DNA of 64,000 nucleotides from an uncultured Methanoregulaceae archaeon (GTDB taxonomy: Archaea; Halobacteriota; Methanomicrobia; Methanomicrobiales; Methanospirillaceae). Shown here piece after piece: positions 61,904-64,000 of this stretch. How positions within the stretch are numbered: the stretch's first letter is position 1; each line of letters starts with the position of its first letter. The DNA lies in NCBI GenBank assembly GCA_963705255.1, contig OY970061.1:288001-352000 (forward strand). The letters are read 5' to 3'. The notes under the pieces were generated by a model. That model searched no databases and was not told the origin of the DNA. It saw only the letters and a program-made list of their open reading frames with translations. A program made the position numbers and the translations under genes.

Positions 61904-62534
61904 ATGAACGTCCTGTACGGGAACATTCCGGCCGAGCTTGCCGGGCTGGACCGCTGGGTTGTATGGCAGTACGAAGAGCGGAACGGTACCGATGACCAAG
62001 CCGCCGTATGTCCCGGTACCGGGGAAGAAACGTCACGCCCTTGTCAATGTCCGCTCAACATGGGGCACGTTCGAGCAGGCAAAAAATACCCTTGAATCCG
62101 GTGGTTTTGACGGGATCGGGTTTGTTCTCGGGGAAGGAATATTCGGTATCGATTTCGATCATGCAGACGATGCTATGGTACAGGAAGCACTGTCCCTTGG
62201 TTCCTATACCGAGTGGAGCCCGTCCGGTCACGGGGTGCACGTGATCGGGCGTTCCCGGTTCGTGCTGAAAGGCAGGAAGAAAGGATCCGTTGAACTCTAC
62301 ATGAAGGGACGGTACTTTACGGTCACCGGCTCGCTCGTATCCGGTTCCCCTGCCACCCTCCGGGAAATTCCCCCCGGTCAGATGACTGACTTCTTCCGGC
62401 GGCATTTTGAGGACGTGCCGGCCCCGGCCGGAACGATGATACCGGCTGAAGGGGTCTGGGGAGGGGTGATCCGGATTGGATGGTTCTCTCCCCCGGTCGG
62501 ACACGTGACAGTTTTTTTACCCCGCTCATCATAG
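61904..62534 (+). CDS. Stand-alone primase-polymerase N-domain (phage NrS-1-like AEP); frameshift at ~61988; no helicase domain
   Basis: NIPAEL....RWVVW / TKPPY...STWGTFEQA, GIGFVL, GIDFD, YTEWSPSGHGVH, ELY..GRYFTVTG. Confidence 0.75.
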
Positions 62535-62758
62535 CTGCGGAGCGGATGAACCGGACCGCGGCCACTCCGCGGTACATGGATCCATACAGGACCTTGCAGG
62601 GCTGACGGGACATGACCTGCCCGGTGCACACCCGGAGCGATCCCTCTAGAGACTGATGCGTTTGGCATATGCAATTATCCGGACGTTTCCGGGAACCAGG
62701 CAGTGCGACCTCCGGACCAATACTCAACATTAAATCCTCTGAAACGAATCTTGGATCA

Positions 62759-63535
62759 ATGGAGTATCAGTCACACCCGATCGAGCGGCAGAAGAAACTG
62801 GCGGTCCTGATTGACGCGGACAACGCCCAGGCAAGCATCATCAAGAACCTGCTGGACGAGGTTGCCAAGTACGGCGTGGCGTCTGTGAAGAGGATCTACG
62901 GCAACTGGACCACGTCCCAGCTCCTGCCCTGGAAAGATGTCCTCCTCTCGAACTCCATCATCCCGATCCAGCAGTTCAGCTACACGACGAAGAAGAACGC
63001 CACGGACAGCGCGCTCATCATCGACGCGATGGACCTGCTCCACGCGGGAACCCTGGACGGCTTCTGCCTGGTATCGAGCGACAGCGACTTCACCCGCCTC
63101 GCCTCGCGAATCCGGGAGTCCGGCCTGATGGTCTACGGGTTCGGGGAGAAGAAGACCCCCAAGGCATTCGTGGACGCGTGCGACAAGTTCATCTACACGG
63201 AGATCCTGCGGCCCACGGAACCGGCCGGGACCGCCGCCCCCGTGTACCAGGATGTCTCCGTATTCAAAGACATGAAGAAAGACCAGGGGTTCCTGAAACT
63301 GCTCATGAACAGTGTTGAGGATTCATCGGACGAGGACGGCTGGGCCGAACTGGGGCTGGTCGGGCAGAACATCCAGAAGAAGAGCCCGGAATTTGACTCG
63401 CGGAACTATGGGTTTAAGAAACTCTTCGACCTCATCCGGTCCCTGGACCTGTTCGAGATCGACGAACGGCAGTCGAAGGACCAGGTCGGAAAGATCATCT
63501 ATATCCGGGGACGGCTGAAAAAACCGAGGAAATAA
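62759..63535 (+). CDS. NYN domain RNase with C-terminal OST-HTH/LOTUS
   Basis: LIDADN, KNATDSALIIDAMD, VSSDSDF, FDSRNYGFKKL. Confidence 0.92.
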   Translation: MEYQSHPIERQKKLAVLIDADNAQASIIKNLLDEVAKYGVASVKRIYGNWTTSQLLPWKDVLLSNSIIPIQQFSYTTKKNATDSALIIDAMDLLHAGTLDGFCLVSSDSDFTRLASRIRESGLMVYGFGEKKTPKAFVDACDKFIYTEILRPTEPAGTAAPVYQDVSVFKDMKKDQGFLKLLMNSVEDSSDEDGWAELGLVGQNIQKKSPEFDSRNYGFKKLFDLIRSLDLFEIDERQSKDQVGKIIYIRGRLKKPRK

Positions 63536-63671
63536 CCCGGGATGTACCTCTTTTCAAATCTAAATCTTTTCTCAAAAGATTATTCCATTGAAAAATTATG
63601 CTTTCGTATTTTTTTACAATCAAACCACTAATAAGTTAAATCGCATAAATATTGATTAAAGTCAATGAATT

Positions 63672-64000
63672 TTATTGAATTTTAATTCTTTTCATGATTT
63701 CTTTAATTTCGTTTATAATTTGACTATTTTTTTCATCCGGAGATAATTTTTCAATATATGTATCAACAATTTTGTGTAAGTTACACTTTTCTTCCGCTGA
63801 AGCCCATTCTTGAATGTAAGAAATCGCCTTAAGATCCCATTTCACCTGTTCAGGATTATTACCAGATGCATTCATCTGACCTATTAATGAGGCTACTTTT
63901 TCAGCAAAAATTGAGATTAGCTAGCGAGTTTACCAACTCATCGGTATTGTTTACCAACTTATCGGTATTGTTTACCAACTTATCGGTATTGTTTACCAAC
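63672..64000 (-). CDS. 3' end of an AT-rich hypothetical gene with heptad repeats; begins beyond the window
   Basis: The reverse strand reads (NTDKLVN)n..., joining the 67-aa ORF after a probable homopolymer slip at ~63908. Confidence 0.45.
63928..64000. repeat. 21-bp tandem repeat GTTTACCAACTTATCGGTATT (at least 3.5 copies, truncated by the window end)
   Basis: Read directly; no spacers. Confidence 0.9.

Noticed and set aside
63928-64000. CRISPR array at the window end
   Set aside because: Head-to-tail 21-mers with no spacers.
1-64000. tRNA, rRNA, integrase or transposase genes
   Set aside because: None recognised by eye; a tRNAscan-SE/ISEScan run would be needed to exclude them formally.

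Overview
Archaeal chromosome window, most consistent with a Methanomicrobiales methanogen (Methanoregula-like; inferred from TBP, herA-nurA-mre11-rad50, DUF4013/DUF2769 families and BRE/TATA promoters). The 1-16 kb and 50-63.5 kb flanks carry mostly housekeeping or metabolic genes: P-type H+-ATPase, GH57/GT4, carbonic anhydrase, DSB-repair operon, class II RNR, TBP, nucleotidase, esterase and an ABC exporter. Between them (~16-49.6 kb) lies an accessory island with six toxin-antitoxin pairs, several interspersed repeat families and a markedly AT-rich defence core (~21.4-30 kb). That core encodes a type II R-M pair, a Cas4-like nuclease, a long, catalytically degenerate prokaryotic Argonaute with an apparent N-terminal winged helix, a coupled Zn-finger PD-(D/E)XK nuclease and a convergent UG/Abi(DRT)-type reverse transcriptase. 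Further on, three unrelated secreted putative-peptidase operons sit behind one conserved ~270-bp promoter plus structured ~160-nt leader. A REP-like GAAG..CTTC hairpin family with compensatory changes is dispersed through the window, and one unit is inserted in frame in hicA. Many single-base frameshifts, including in rad50, suggest unpolished long-read errors, so split ORFs are not called pseudogenes by default. All family assignments come from motif recognition by eye; no database search was run.
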